A DNA stretch of 63,979 bases, filler included, from Licmophora abbreviata (GCA_900291995.1; 20 parts of 20 records of this genome joined end to end with filler, not necessarily neighbours in it); one strand, 5' to 3'; positions 1 through 11,614 are shown, counted from the whole stretch's first letter. Notes: generated by a model not told the origin, from the sequence alone. Translations and numbers: made by a program.

Positions 1-1199
1 GGTGTGATGAATGGTGGCAGAGCGTGTGTTACCATATTTTTTCAATAGTTTAGAACGGCCATGTTTATCTCGTTGCTCATCATGGAGTAAAACATGGACG
101 AAAGATTCGTTGCTTACAGAAGCACATCCGCCATGCTACATCTCCTTTCGTCAATCCTAAGAGAGAGTATCGCTTCGTTCAATTTGTACTATTCGTTATA
201 GTGTTGTCACTTCCGCGTATCCCTATCCTCTTCCATTCAAATTGGTCGGGGCTTCCTAATGGTGTCCAGAGTGACCATGCTTCTCGTAGTACTCGGCCAT
301 GGCCGTCTTTTCTACTTGTCGACGCGCTGCAACAACATTCTCTGCACAGAGACGAAAAAAAACAGGTGAGGCCTGTGAACACACGGAACAAACTGCTGTG
401 TGACGATAGTCATGTTACTTACTCTTGTGGCCAATGTAGGTAGCCGAGTACATGACTACCGATGTGAGCGCCATGAAATGCCAAAGTGGAGTGGCGCTAC
501 AATGCAATTAACAAAGGTACAACGTTAGGAAAAGAGTACAAACCAGTGCCAGCACGTGAAAGACTAAGGAGTAGAGGGCAAACCGATTCTTCGAGGCACC
601 CGGAGGTAGTCGCGCTTCGTGGAGCTGGTATTTTCCAACACGTGAAAATGAAGGTCAATTTTCTTACCTTCCTGCCCGGAACAAAGGCCGGTAATAATTC
701 GTCGCATTTGTTGTAAAACTACTCCACTGTTGCTGGTAGAAACCAGGTGTAATAAGCTTCTCAAGGGAGTTCATGGTCACGATGAAGTTCGATCGGCGAT
801 CTTTGCGCTGTGCTCCTTGATGACGATTGCGGCCGATAAGTGTGGTCTGTAGAAAAGTTTACTGGGTGTACATACACGATTGTAAGTACAAGCTGCAGTA
901 GGAGGCCTCTTTGAAGTTTTAAAGTCGCGTGACGGCCAGACATCTCGAGCCATGTCGGATGTGCGTGCCGACAGCCGTTTGGACACGCGGTAGTTCGACA
1001 ATACTTTTTCACAAGCGTAGTCTTATAAATGTCGCTACCAGTAGTGGGGGTGACTCTGGAGGAGGACATCTACCGTTGACGGTGCTGGTATCCCACACAT
1101 GGTTGGTCTCAGTTAGAAAACTCACGATCGATAATGTGAGGAACTTGATACAGTCTACTGAACAGGATAGTCTACGTATGCCGGTGGCAGCAGTCTCAC

Positions 1200-2372
1200 T
1201 CAAGAGCCGAATCCTTTCTTTTTCGCATTCTTTGTTTTGGCCTTGTTTCTGCCTTTCCTGCTGCCTTTGAGCTTCACGCCAGCTTCTCCTTTCAGTGCAG
1301 GGAACTTTCGCAGTGATTCCAGCTGCAGCTCTGCTACGAATCGCTCTCCTGGATTTGGGCTGGCAAGCTCGGGTAATTGAAGGCAGTTGTAGGTGAACTG
1401 GAGTGCCTGTTTCTCGATGTCAGTCAAATCAGGGTGCCAAACTCGCAGCATAAGAATGTAGCGTACTTTGTCACTCTCGTTGACGGCATCGTGCATGATG
1501 CTTGTGTCGAACAACGTTACGTCCCCATTGTACCATTGTCGCGTCTCGTCCCCTACCGTCAGTCGACACTTGTTTTTGCCACTCTCGGGAATGTCCAATG
1601 CCAAATGTGATGTCAAGACAAAATTCGTGTTGTCAGAATGCATTTTGATGTCTGTATGCGGTTTCAAACTGGCAAAGAAGACTTCCACGACGGGAGCCCC
1701 CGACTCGTAGACGGCGCGTGCCGTCTTGGGGAAAATGTTGCAGTTGAGTGGGTCCCACGCACCCCGTTCCTGCAGTACGAGTGTCCTCCAGCCCGTACCA
1801 TACGAAGAAGCGTCCTCCGTCAGTGCCCCCGCCCACACATTGTTGCCTTCTTTCTCGAGTTTCGCCATGTCACCTGTGACGCGAAGAAACTCCTCCTTGA
1901 TGTCCTTGTAGCTGGATTTGAGTTTCTGAGCCCACTCGATGTCTTCAACGTCATAGAATGTTTTGCTTTTTAATCCAGGGACAAAGGAATGTGCCTGCTG
2001 GTAACAGTTGCTCGCTTGCTCGTCTGTGATGGGCGGGTCCTGTTGCGTGCCGACAAATTCGTGGTGCTCATACTCGATATCCAGCAGTCTCCAGCTTTCG
2101 ATGATACGGGAAGCACCGGGACCAAACTTTTCCTGCAACGCCTGTTCGACCATCCCAGCAAAGGTATTTGGTGACAAAGGAGACGTCGAGGGCACCTCTG
2201 TTTGCTTCTTGGTGAAGCTCACCATGTAGAGTGGCGATGTGGAATGGAGTGGCCGGGAGGGCGACGTGCTGATCTTGGATCGTCGCGTGTGTGGCACGGC
2301 AAACGCCGCGTGGGTGCCAGCGGTCGAACACACCAATCGCAAACATATGAAGAATGAAAGTGACCCAAACAT
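1200..2372 (-). CDS. Aspartyl/asparaginyl beta-hydroxylase (2OG-Fe(II) dioxygenase) domain protein, probably plastid-targeted
   Basis: AspH-family motifs FFASLKPHTDIKMHSDNTNFVLTSHLAL and W..G...LFDTSIMHDAVN...RYILMLRVWHPDL. The ATG at 2372 (residue 81 of the ORF) starts a signal peptide ending 'THAAF', followed by a Ser/Arg-rich transit peptide. Confidence 0.85.
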   Translation of the reverse strand: MFGSLSFFICLRLVCSTAGTHAAFAVPHTRRSKISTSPSRPLHSTSPLYMVSFTKKQTEVPSTSPLSPNTFAGMVEQALQEKFGPGASRIIESWRLLDIEYEHHEFVGTQQDPPITDEQASNCYQQAHSFVPGLKSKTFYDVEDIEWAQKLKSSYKDIKEEFLRVTGDMAKLEKEGNNVWAGALTEDASSYGTGWRTLVLQERGAWDPLNCNIFPKTARAVYESGAPVVEVFFASLKPHTDIKMHSDNTNFVLTSHLALDIPESGKNKCRLTVGDETRQWYNGDVTLFDTSIMHDAVNESDKVRYILMLRVWHPDLTDIEKQALQFTYNCLQLPELASPNPGERFVAELQLESLRKFPALKGEAGVKLKGSRKGRNKAKTKNAKKKGFGS

Positions 2373-2633
2373 TCTTCCAGGGAGCGTATCATACAGTGTC
2401 AATGGTGCAAAGCAGTAGCCGTGATGATGCCATGAGCCGCGAATATTCGAATATTCAATATTCGATGCATCATCGTGCCTTCTCGACGGGCGGACAGGCG
2501 CTGCAGGTGCTCGTTGGTGCTGATGAGGGCCAGACGCGTCGAGTGAGTCGTCAAAGATACTCGGGTGAGTCGAGTGAGTCGACTCGTGGATGAGATTCGA
2601 TTCGAATGGCATTTCGCGGCGCTCGTTGTCCTC

Positions 2634-2733
2634 NNNNNNNNNNNNNNNNNNNNNNNNNNNNNNNNNNNNNNNNNNNNTTAATTAATTAANNNNNNNNNNN
2701 NNNNNNNNNNNNNNNNNNNNNNNNNNNNNNNNN
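2634..2733. other. Artificial 100-bp scaffold spacer N44-TTAATTAATTAA-N44 (first of 19; others start near 11457, 20365, 22936, 24829, 26377, 27530, 29162, 30391, 32598, 34558, 37289, 40301, 43365, 49549, 51586, 57434, 60339, 62852)
   Basis: Identical six-frame-stop linker each time. Some are flanked by duplicated ends (2600-2633 = 2734-2767; 24817-24828 = 24929-24940), indicating overlapping contig ends. Confidence 0.98.
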
Positions 2734-2988
2734 ATTCGAATGGCATTTCGCGGCGCTCGTTGTCCTCGTAGACCATACTCATTCAATCTGTTACCATCGA
2801 CAGTGGCCGAAACGACTAGTTCGTACAAAGAAAAGCCGATCTGAACATGATAAAATTTAACGAGTAAAACCAAAAATGATGAACAAGTAACGAAATTGTT
2901 GGTGCATGGCGGGCTGCTGGTGACACGGCATCGTCAGGGGCCGTCTAGCAAGCGACAGCGGCGGCTCGCTGATGACGCCATCGCTCGC

Positions 2989-4692
2989 TTAGATCCCCAG
3001 ATTGGCATACATAGAGGTGACACTGCACTTGATGCAGCTGCATTGGGGGCGGTCTCGGCTCTTGTTTTCTGTGTCAGCATGATAGAAGCTACTCCTCACT
3101 AGGTCTTCCATCACATCTGGCTTGCACGCAAACACACTCGACCTCCGCTTGTTGTTCAATCGCGGCTCCATGTTTTCTTCATCTTCATCTGATGGACAAT
3201 CGTTCGTCAAAGGGCCCTTCTCCTTACGAGGCTTCATCAAAAAGGAAGCAATGGGCCTCGGGCCACCGTACATGCAGGTCAAGCTCTCCGTAAAACCCAC
3301 ATCTGATACCGTGAGGTCGCTGTCGTCGTCCGAGGTCGACCAACCGATACCCTGACTCCAATGTGTCTCGCATGTTTCAATTTTGGTAGGAGAAGGGGGG
3401 TCTGTCACATTGCCGTCCATTTCAGGTGAGCAAACCTGTTTCCATACCTGACTGGCCTCCGCGAGTGAACCAGCACGTTTGCTGTTCGATACCCAAGAAG
3501 GATGGCCGGACATGATTCCGAGGGGGCGTTCGCTTTTCTCGTTGCTCGACGAACTCTGTAGCTGGAGCTGGAGATGACCAGGATGTGCGAACTGGGCCCC
3601 GAGCGGTTTCCTTTTTCCGTCGTTCAAGATGAGCGGTGAGCCGTCTGAGCAACTCGATGCGAGTGAAAGTAGGTCGAGAGCCGGGTCGTCGGAAGAAAAC
3701 GCTGGGTGCAGGATATCATTGCGAGAATCACGAATCACTTGAAATCCTTGACTTGGAGGCGAATTCAATAATATGTCTTCCTCATCAGACGATGAGTCAT
3801 CGCCCTGCAGAAAGCCTCGATGAAATGCCGAGTTGTATTTTACTTCCACCCCTTCGTCGTCACTGCTAGACGGCAGATGCAAGAATAGTGACTCCTCGTC
3901 CGTCTCCTCTTCCTCGTTTTCTTTGGAGTCATCGTTCTGCAATACCAACTGGGCACAGTCCCATTCATCGTACGAGACCACAAACGACTGTTTGGGCTCG
4001 GGCAGAAGTGGATCAGTGACCGGATCCACTTCCATCAAGTCATGTTGAAAGTCGGGCACACACAACTCATCCCAAGTAGTTGCCTGGAATTGTCCATCGC
4101 GATACACAACTTCTACAGCATCATGTGGATACGCGTACAATCCGACCTGGTCCGGATCCAGGACTGCTCGTGATCCATTGCCACTCTGAGTGGTATCGAA
4201 CGTGACTTCCTCTTCGTCCTCTCTTCGCGATTCCGTGACAAACCGAGGACGCAGCTGACGAACGCGATACATGGAGCGACCCATACGAGACTTCCACTTG
4301 TGGAGTACTGTCCGTTTGTTGTGACTTGAGGACCTTGATTCTTCTTGATGGAGGTGCGCCAGTGCTAGTGTTTCCGGCCAGACGATGTCAACTTTGTCTG
4401 TTGCATTTTGGTCTTCCTGCGGCATACCTAGAGAATGCATCAATGAATGTTCGTCTTCACTCAGCAAGGCTGTCGTATCTTGAACATCATCCTGCATCAA
4501 GTGATGTTTCTTGAGGGATCGAATGCGACGAGGCAAGAAGCGAGGAAACAATGTGAGTCCGCCCCAGACACGGTCCTTCTTCTTCTTGATAATGAGCTCC
4601 ATTGGATCGTCGTCGTAGTTCGTGTCGTGTCCCTTCAGCAAGTAGACAGAATCTGAGGACTCCGGAGAGGGAAGAGTGCGAAAGATAGCCAT
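2989..4692 (-). CDS. Hypothetical acidic, Ser-rich, largely disordered protein
   Basis: Long uninterrupted ORF with first ATG at 4692. No recognisable domain. Confidence 0.65.
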   Translation of the reverse strand: MAIFRTLPSPESSDSVYLLKGHDTNYDDDPMELIIKKKKDRVWGGLTLFPRFLPRRIRSLKKHHLMQDDVQDTTALLSEDEHSLMHSLGMPQEDQNATDKVDIVWPETLALAHLHQEESRSSSHNKRTVLHKWKSRMGRSMYRVRQLRPRFVTESRREDEEEVTFDTTQSGNGSRAVLDPDQVGLYAYPHDAVEVVYRDGQFQATTWDELCVPDFQHDLMEVDPVTDPLLPEPKQSFVVSYDEWDCAQLVLQNDDSKENEEEETDEESLFLHLPSSSDDEGVEVKYNSAFHRGFLQGDDSSSDEEDILLNSPPSQGFQVIRDSRNDILHPAFSSDDPALDLLSLASSCSDGSPLILNDGKRKPLGAQFAHPGHLQLQLQSSSSNEKSERPLGIMSGHPSWVSNSKRAGSLAEASQVWKQVCSPEMDGNVTDPPSPTKIETCETHWSQGIGWSTSDDDSDLTVSDVGFTESLTCMYGGPRPIASFLMKPRKEKGPLTNDCPSDEDEENMEPRLNNKRRSSVFACKPDVMEDLVRSSFYHADTENKSRDRPQCSCIKCSVTSMYANLGI

Positions 4693-5094
4693 GATGCTGA
4701 TGGTTGAGGATCGAAATTGTGAGCCATCATCATGGTCACGTTCCAAATCTGTCTCGCATCGCGGTCATGACTGGCGAAGGAATCAATCCCGGGAGGATCT
4801 TGCGAACTGCCCTGTACAGCATTTCAGGTTTATCAATGCTGAATGTTATTTATGTCTTCACGCCGGCCAGTTCGCAAGAGCAACCACGAATGAACGAATG
4901 ACAGGCGGCCAGACGAGAAGAGGTCGAAAATTGAAAATTGCGCGCGCGACTTCCTTGCTCGATGAAGGTATTTGGAATCGACGATGATGAAAGGTTGTAC
5001 AAAGGTGTGATGAGAACATCAGCAACTATCTAACTACAACCGCACATCTACTTGTTTCGTCGAGGTTCGTTTCACCTCCACTTCATCATCAATC

Positions 5095-5463
5095 ATGGAC
5101 GATACTCAGCTTTCTCAGTTAAATGGCACAGTGTGCTACAACCAGTATCATGAGAAGATACCGCTTCCCACGGACTCTGTTGTACACGTGACGCTACAGG
5201 ATGTGTCTCTCATGGATGTCGCTTCCAAGCAGATTTCCCAACAAACGATCGAGTCGCCAACGACTCATCCGATTCCGTATTGCCTGCGCTATGATTCTTC
5301 ACAAATTGAAGACTTTCGAACGTACTCTGTGAGCGCTTCGATTCGGTCTTCCGTGGAAAAGGATAGCAAGCTCCTATGGATATCCACGACGATGCATCCT
5401 GTCTTGACACGAGGCGCCCCAAAGAATAATGTGAATATAGAGGTCGATCATGTTGGTAGATAG
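5095..5463 (+). CDS. YbaY/YscW-family (bacterial lipoprotein/pilotin-like) domain protein
   Basis: GTV.Y...E+IPLP.DSVV.VTLQDVSLMDVAS..I..Q......PIPY.L.YD..QI.....YSVSA.I....KLLWISTT.HPVLT matches the YbaY pattern along its full length. Intronless. Confidence 0.85.
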   Translation: MDDTQLSQLNGTVCYNQYHEKIPLPTDSVVHVTLQDVSLMDVASKQISQQTIESPTTHPIPYCLRYDSSQIEDFRTYSVSASIRSSVEKDSKLLWISTTMHPVLTRGAPKNNVNIEVDHVGR

Positions 5464-5796
5464 CCGAAAACGTTCAACGTCTCCGATTCACATTCGGGTC
5501 GTGCTGTGGCTTATAATATGTCGGTGTCATCATGGCACAGCCTCTTCGACAAGATTGTGGTGCATCTGGTATGACTCTTGGCGTACTCTAATGAGCCGAA
5601 CGAATCTGTGAAAGTCACGTATGTATACAACATCAGCCTTTTCGTTAACATGCCTTGGTGCCGTCATGTTCGTTCCCGCAGTAATCTGTGAACTAGTATT
5701 GCGACTCTACATCATACAAATGCATTCTACTACCAGCAGTATTACCGCTCTTTGCGAATCACTCATCCAACATACGAAAGCAAAAGTCTCTGTATA

Positions 5797-5876
5797 ATAC
5801 GTAACATCAGTCACTTCCGTGGACCAGATCACAATCGACACGGTCCACGATGAAGCAACGTCATTCTCGCTCTCAT
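5797..5876 (-). promoter_or_regulatory. SECIS-like stem-loop in the 3' UTR of the SelK-like gene
   Basis: Minus strand reads ATGAC-GTTGCTTC-AT-CGTGGACC-(16 nt)-GGTCCACG-GAAGTGAC-TGAT. This gives an AUGAN/NGAN core with tandem G.A pairs and two 8-bp helices. The canonical apical AA is absent. Confidence 0.45.
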
Positions 5877-5974
5877 GTTGCGCGCTACATGCTATAAGAG
5901 AAAGTCGCTTGCGTCTTTACCCATCCTACCAAGTCTGTCTCCAACATTGGCTTCACGCAGCATTCGCGACAGAC

Positions 5975-6489
5975 TTAGACTTGGCCTCATCCCACTTTGG
6001 GATCACAGGGAAGATCTCCAATCCCTCGCACGCGAGGTCCCCCACCACCACCACCTCCTCCTCTACGGCGCGTCGACGATCCACTGCCCCGAGCACTTCC
6101 TGCCCTCCTCGTTACTCGTGTAAAGATTGTATATGCTCCTAACGCAATCAACAAGGCTAGAGCTGTAGAGACAATGTATACAAACAGAAATAAACAGAAT
6201 CTTGAGTTCCATGAAACGTAGTTCTGCTGTCCGCGTACTACGAACTCGTCAAAACTCAACAATCCCACTTCTCTCAGAACTTACTCCCTTGTGTTCCAAG
6301 CATGATTGATGCCAATGCCAGCGTGATACAAAACTGTCGAATATCCAAATTGAATCCAAAGACATCGAGCGTCCGTGCGGTGGACAACAAACTGGCGCTA
6401 GTAGATTCGCCGGCACTGCCGCTGTCGACGCTCACGACCTCGCCTTTGGCGTTAATTCTTGTATTGCTTTTTTTGTTAGAGGAAGACAT
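5975..6489 (-). CDS. Small membrane protein, SelK/FAM241-like; candidate selenoprotein (exons 6489-6285 and 6162-5987, or to 5975 if UGA is read as Sec)
   Basis: A phase-1 GT-AG intron (6284-6163) joins two ORFs in frame. The product has an N-terminal RINAKGEVV motif, a hydrophobic hairpin, a Gly/Arg-rich tail and ...GDLPCDPKVG-TGA-GGC-CAA-GTC-TAA. Confidence 0.75.
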
Positions 6490-6812
6490 GGTCTACTAGT
6501 CTACACTTCGAGAGGTGTGTCAACGAGAGTCTCAAATAGAAAGAGAAAGGAATTCAGTGCGCAGAGTGTCGCCGTTGTCCGTCATGGTCTGTCGCGTAGT
6601 GCGTTCTGTTCGCGTGTCGCTCGAGTATGCGAGCTCGCTTTCTATTTTCCAACCGACTAGCTCGCACTTCCGCGTGACTTTGACAGTCATCGTCCACCCC
6701 TCACGTTTGTGCCAGTACACTTTTTACGGAGAGAGTCTTTCCTTGCCACCGTCGGCTGTCATTTGTGCGGCACCTTCTTGCCTCGCATGCCTGCACAATC
6801 GTTCCTTCCACC

Positions 6813-9800
6813 ATGACGACGACTCCGGCCAATTCCAATGAGTCCTATTGTACCTTCACCCTGGCGTCCGATGTGACGGCAGGGGGCTTGCCGAGCGAAG
6901 ATGAAATTGCCAAAGATATGGAGAGCACCGATACCAATGTGAGTGTGGCTGACTGAGTCTGTGTGTGTAGACTGCAGTAGGGATTGTACGTCTACGTCTG
7001 TTAGGGGTGAATCTAGAAACCGGTACCTGATCATAGCCGCCGCGAAATGACCAAGCGAAGACAGAGAGTAGACTGTAGCCATGATACAGCAGTCTAGCGC
7101 TCCACCGACGCGTGCAGTCTTCTTGCCTTTTTGTCTCTTTGTCTAATCATGTTTCATGGGTCCATTTTTCGTTCACGTGCAGGTCAAGAAACTGGCTCTG
7201 AAGGCGGCCATCATGGCCATGCTCGGTGGCGAGGCCATGCCTCGCATCTTGATGCAAGTCATTCGCTTCTGCATCAACAGCGACGACAAGCAGCTCAAGA
7301 AGCTCTGCATGCTATACTGGGAGGTCGTGCCCAAGTACCAGGAACCCTCCTCGGAAGAACTCCTGCTCGCCAACACCGGAGGCCCGCCCGTCCAGCGCAA
7401 GATGCTTCCGGAAATGCTCCTGGTCTGCAACGCCCTCATGAACGACCTCAACCATCCCAACGAGTACGTACGAGGCAGCATGCTGCGCTTTCTCTGTAAG
7501 GTCAAAGACGAAGAGATTCTGGGACCTCTCATGCCCTCCATCAAGGCCTGTTTGGAGCATCGCCACGCCTACGTGCGCAAGAACGCGGCGCTCGCCATCT
7601 TTCACGCCCACAGGCTTCACGGAGAAGCGCTCATTCCGGATGCTCCGGAAATCGTCGGGGGATTCTTGGAACAGGAAACCGATCTCGCGGCGCGTCGCAA
7701 TGCATTCATTATGCTCTTCAATCAGAACGAAGACTTGGCCATTCACTTCTTGGCACAGCACATGGACGATGTGGGCAAGTATGGGGACGGATTTGCCCTG
7801 CTCGTCTTGGAGTTGACCCGTCGTGTCTGTCGTCGGGATCCGTCGCAAAAGAGTCGCTTCGTCCGAGTCCTCTTTCAAATGCTCTCGAGCGACTCGGCGG
7901 CCGTCTCCTACGAGGCAGCCTGGACGCTCGTTACTCTGAGTTCGGCGCCGACGGCAGTCCGGGCGGCCGCCGTTACTTACACGACCCTCCTCAACGGGCA
8001 GAATGACAACAACGTCAAGCTTATTGTCTTGGAGCGTCTCGAGTCGCTCAAGAAGAACCACACCAAGATTCTTCAAGAGTTGCTCATGGACATTCTGCGG
8101 GCCTTGTCCTCGCCCAACCCAGATATCTGTAAGAAGGTTTTAGAAGTTGCCATGGACATTGTGACGGCGCGGAATGTAGGAGAAGTTGTCAATCTTTTGA
8201 AGCGTGAGGTGCAAAAGACGCAGCAGGAGTCCAGTGATACCATGGAAACCAAGGGCATTGTCTATCGCAATATGTTGATTCGAGCCATCCATGGGTGTGC
8301 CGTCAAGTTTCCGGATGTTGCCGAGAGTGTCGTGCATGTCCTCATGGACTTTCTCAGTACCGATGGGGGCATGCAGGTGGTCATTTTCGTTCGTGCCATT
8401 GTCGAACAGTATCCTGCCTTGCGTCCGTCCTTGATTAGCAAGTTGTTGAGCAGTGTCGACGAAGTGTCTGCCAACAGTGTCATGTGTGTCTGTCTCTGGA
8501 TTCTCGGAGAGTACTGTGATTCCATCGATACCATTCAAGAGGCCTTTGAAACGATCGCGACTCAGTTGGGCGATACTCCATTTGTCGTGACATCGGATGA
8601 GAAGGAGGCCAAGGAAAAGGCAGTAGCGGCTGCCTCGGCCGCGCCCAAATTGCTTACCAAGAATGTCGTGCTGGCGGATGGTACCTACGCCACGCAGACG
8701 GTCTACAGTGAAGTCGCCAAGCCAGAACTGGACAACACCCCGCCTCTCCGTCGCATGATTGTTGGAGGCGACGTCTTTCTGGGATCGCTCGTTGCATCTT
8801 GCTTGACCAAGCTCTGTCTCCGTGCTGGTGACTTGACTGCGTTTGACAAGGTGCAACTCAAGAAAATGACGACCGACTCTCTCATCATCATGTGTGGCAT
8901 TGTCAAAATGGCCGAAGTCACCGTGTCGGCCCAGCGTTCCAGTCTGAGCGACTGTCAGGAACGTATCAGTCTGTGTTGCCGTGCCTTGCTGGACCCCAAG
9001 GCCCATGATCTTTTGAAAAAGACGCTGCTGGAAGACGGCAAGTCCACCTTTGCTCAGTTCCTCAAGGCCATCAAGGAGAAGGAACTCAAGGAAGCCAAGA
9101 GCAAGGAAGAGACGATGCCCACGACTCAGGCTGATGACTTGATTCACTTTCGTCAGCTCCGCTCCATGGCTGTGCAGGGAGGCGATTTGGACCTGGACGA
9201 TGGCAGCGACTTGGCACGTGCCACGGGCTACGCCGGTGCCAACTCGTTATTGAGCAGCGAGCTCAAGCATGTTTACCAGTTGAGTGGCTTTGCCGATCCT
9301 GTCTATGCGGAAGCGCTTGTCACGGTCCATGATTACGATATTGTATTGGAGATCCTCCTCATTAACCGTACGCCCAACACCTTGGCCAATCTCACGGTGG
9401 AGCTCAGTACCATGGGCGACATGAAGATTGTTGAGCGTCCGCAGTCTCACACAATTGGTCCTCTCGATCAAACGACGATTCGGGCCAGTATCAAGGTGTC
9501 GTCTACCGAGACGGGACACATCTTTGGCACCATCGTCTACGAAGATACGAGTACCATGGAGAAGGGATACATCAACTTGAACGACATTCACATGGACATT
9601 ATGGATTATATTCGTCCGGCGACATGCACCGATGAAATGTTCCGTTCCATGTGGGCTGAATTCGAGTGGGAAAACAAGGTTGCCATTGCCACGTCCATTG
9701 CTGATTTGTTGCAGTTCTTGAACCACATTGTCGATTCGACCAACATGCGCTGCTTGACTCCTCATGATAGTCAGGAGAAGGGAAGCTTCTTGGCAGCTAA

Positions 9801-10255
9801 CTTGTACGCTCGCAGGTGAGTAACACTGAAAGAGTCGCAGTATTTCTTGTGTCACCCCGGTTTTCGTGTTAGATGTTGCGCCCATTTCTGTTCTGTGGTC
9901 ACTATCTGTTATTACTGGGGAAGACTACGAATTTGCGTTGGGCGGAGCGCCGACAAGGCGCTTCCTCGACTGTGTCGGCACAAGAATTGCAAACATTGGA
10001 CCGCATTGTTCCATCGGTTTCCCGTGTATCATGATGCCGCTACATTTTTGACTTACTTTTATTCGGTTTCTGTCTATGTGTGCGTTCTTTAGTGTTTTCG
10101 GTGAGGACGCCTTGGTCAACGTATCGGTAGAGAAAAAGGACGATGGCAAGCTTGCTGGGTACATTCGAATCCGTTCCAAGACACAGGGCATTGCCCTAAG
10201 TCTGGGAGATCGCATTACCAGCGTTCAGCGTGGACTCCCCAAGCCGAAGGCGTAA
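6813..10255 (+). CDS. COPB1: Coatomer subunit beta (beta-COP); exons 6813-6938, 7183-9815, 10093-10255
   Basis: Motifs [71 protein letters not shown] and [18 protein letters not shown]. In-frame GT-AG introns. Confidence 0.97.
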
Positions 10256-10418
10256 ATGAATGGAAAGAGAGAGGACTGAAACGACGGCGTACATAGGACT
10301 CTTACATGTTATTAGCGAATCAGAATGCTCTGTCATGTGAGTGTGTCTGATTTCGGGGATCGTCTAAGCCTTCAATCGCCTTTGACTCGCTCGAGCGTGA
10401 CGATATCCCTGATAAATT

Positions 10419-11207
10419 TTATGATGGCACACCGACCTGTTGCAGTGCCTGAGTCACGTCGTCCCGTGGTGCCAAATCCACATACACATCCACAGCTTCC
10501 GACAATCGCTGTACCAGTTCGATCGCATCCGTCTCGTCATCTGGGTGGTGGCTAGCGTATTCGAGCTCCGCTTGCAAGTCACTCCATGCCACCCACGCAT
10601 CATTCCGTGCTCCAAACTGTTTGGTCTGTTTCACGTTCAGGTCTTCTGCTTCGATACCCGGTCGGTTTGGTCCATCAAAGCCTTTTGTGTAGTAAACTAG
10701 AAAGGCGTTTTGATCCAAAAACCTTTGCTTGTAACTTATGGCATCGGAGAACTCGTCGAACAGTCGCTTGAAGGTTCTTTCGTCTCGTGGGACGGTCAAT
10801 AAGAGCCTGGATATGGTAGTGGTTTTAGAGTCACTCTGTAGACTAATGTTCCTTGCTTGTTGAAGCGTTTCACGTAGTTGTAGAATGGGAATCAAGGCGT
10901 CGACCGTCCCAACCTTTGTACCAGACGCTCCGGTGGATTCCGGTAGATTTCGAGCGTAGGCTTTCGTTGGTAGAGTAGAAGTAGCAGCGGTAGAAGAAGT
11001 AACGAGCGCAAGCATACTGGACAATGTAGTTCGTCTACTCATAGCAGTAGTAGGAGAAGTGGGGGTCTCGCAACCCATCCTAGCAACAGGTTGCCGGACG
11101 ACGCCAGACCACGCGTCAGACTTGGAGGGTGACATTGCTGTCAGGACTGTCGTCAGTATGAGGCTGATCGCAGCGCTTTTTCGGGCCTGCGACTTCATTT
11201 CCAACAT
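10419..11207 (-). CDS. Uncharacterised plastid protein, probably thylakoid-lumen targeted (TAT)
   Basis: Signal peptide ending 'SDAW', a transit peptide, then twin-arginine 'SRR', a hydrophobic stretch and an A-x-A site (KAYA|RNLP). The mature domain is helical. Confidence 0.7.
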   Translation of the reverse strand: MLEMKSQARKSAAISLILTTVLTAMSPSKSDAWSGVVRQPVARMGCETPTSPTTAMSRRTTLSSMLALVTSSTAATSTLPTKAYARNLPESTGASGTKVGTVDALIPILQLRETLQQARNISLQSDSKTTTISRLLLTVPRDERTFKRLFDEFSDAISYKQRFLDQNAFLVYYTKGFDGPNRPGIEAEDLNVKQTKQFGARNDAWVAWSDLQAELEYASHHPDDETDAIELVQRLSEAVDVYVDLAPRDDVTQALQQVGVPS

Positions 11208-11614
11208 TTTAGAGCTTTCGTTTACGCCAAAATAGACATGCCTTCTCCATCGCGCTCTGACCATCATGGCGTTCTTGATCATTTTCAATTTTAAGAGAGA
11301 CATATTTTGAAAAGAACCCGGAAACATAGTGCCGTGCGACAGCGAGCCGATTTTGGATTGCGACCCGGTCCGCCGTACGCAACCAACGCTTATTTAACCG
11401 TCTTTTCATAACATCTAACTCAAACTCTGTATATGTATATAAGCTTCAACAAAAAGNNNNNNNNNNNNNNNNNNNNNNNNNNNNNNNNNNNNNNNNNNNN
11501 TTAATTAATTAANNNNNNNNNNNNNNNNNNNNNNNNNNNNNNNNNNNNNNNNNNNNGTTCTCTCCGGTGTCGTGTCGATCGTGCCGTTTCTTGGTCTGGG
11601 TAAACTTTGAAACA

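Noticed and set aside
1..1199. Several 60-110 aa ORFs at the window start
   Set aside because: No motifs, mutually overlapping, and consistent with chance ORFs in intergenic or UTR sequence.
5625..5670. Second ATGA...TGAT SECIS candidate further downstream on the minus strand
   Set aside because: The helix above the putative core does not pair.
7312..9885. Long minus-strand ORFs (254, 335, 212 aa) opposite beta-COP, and similar ones opposite pyruvate kinase
   Set aside because: Antisense shadows of codon-biased conserved genes, with no recognisable motifs.
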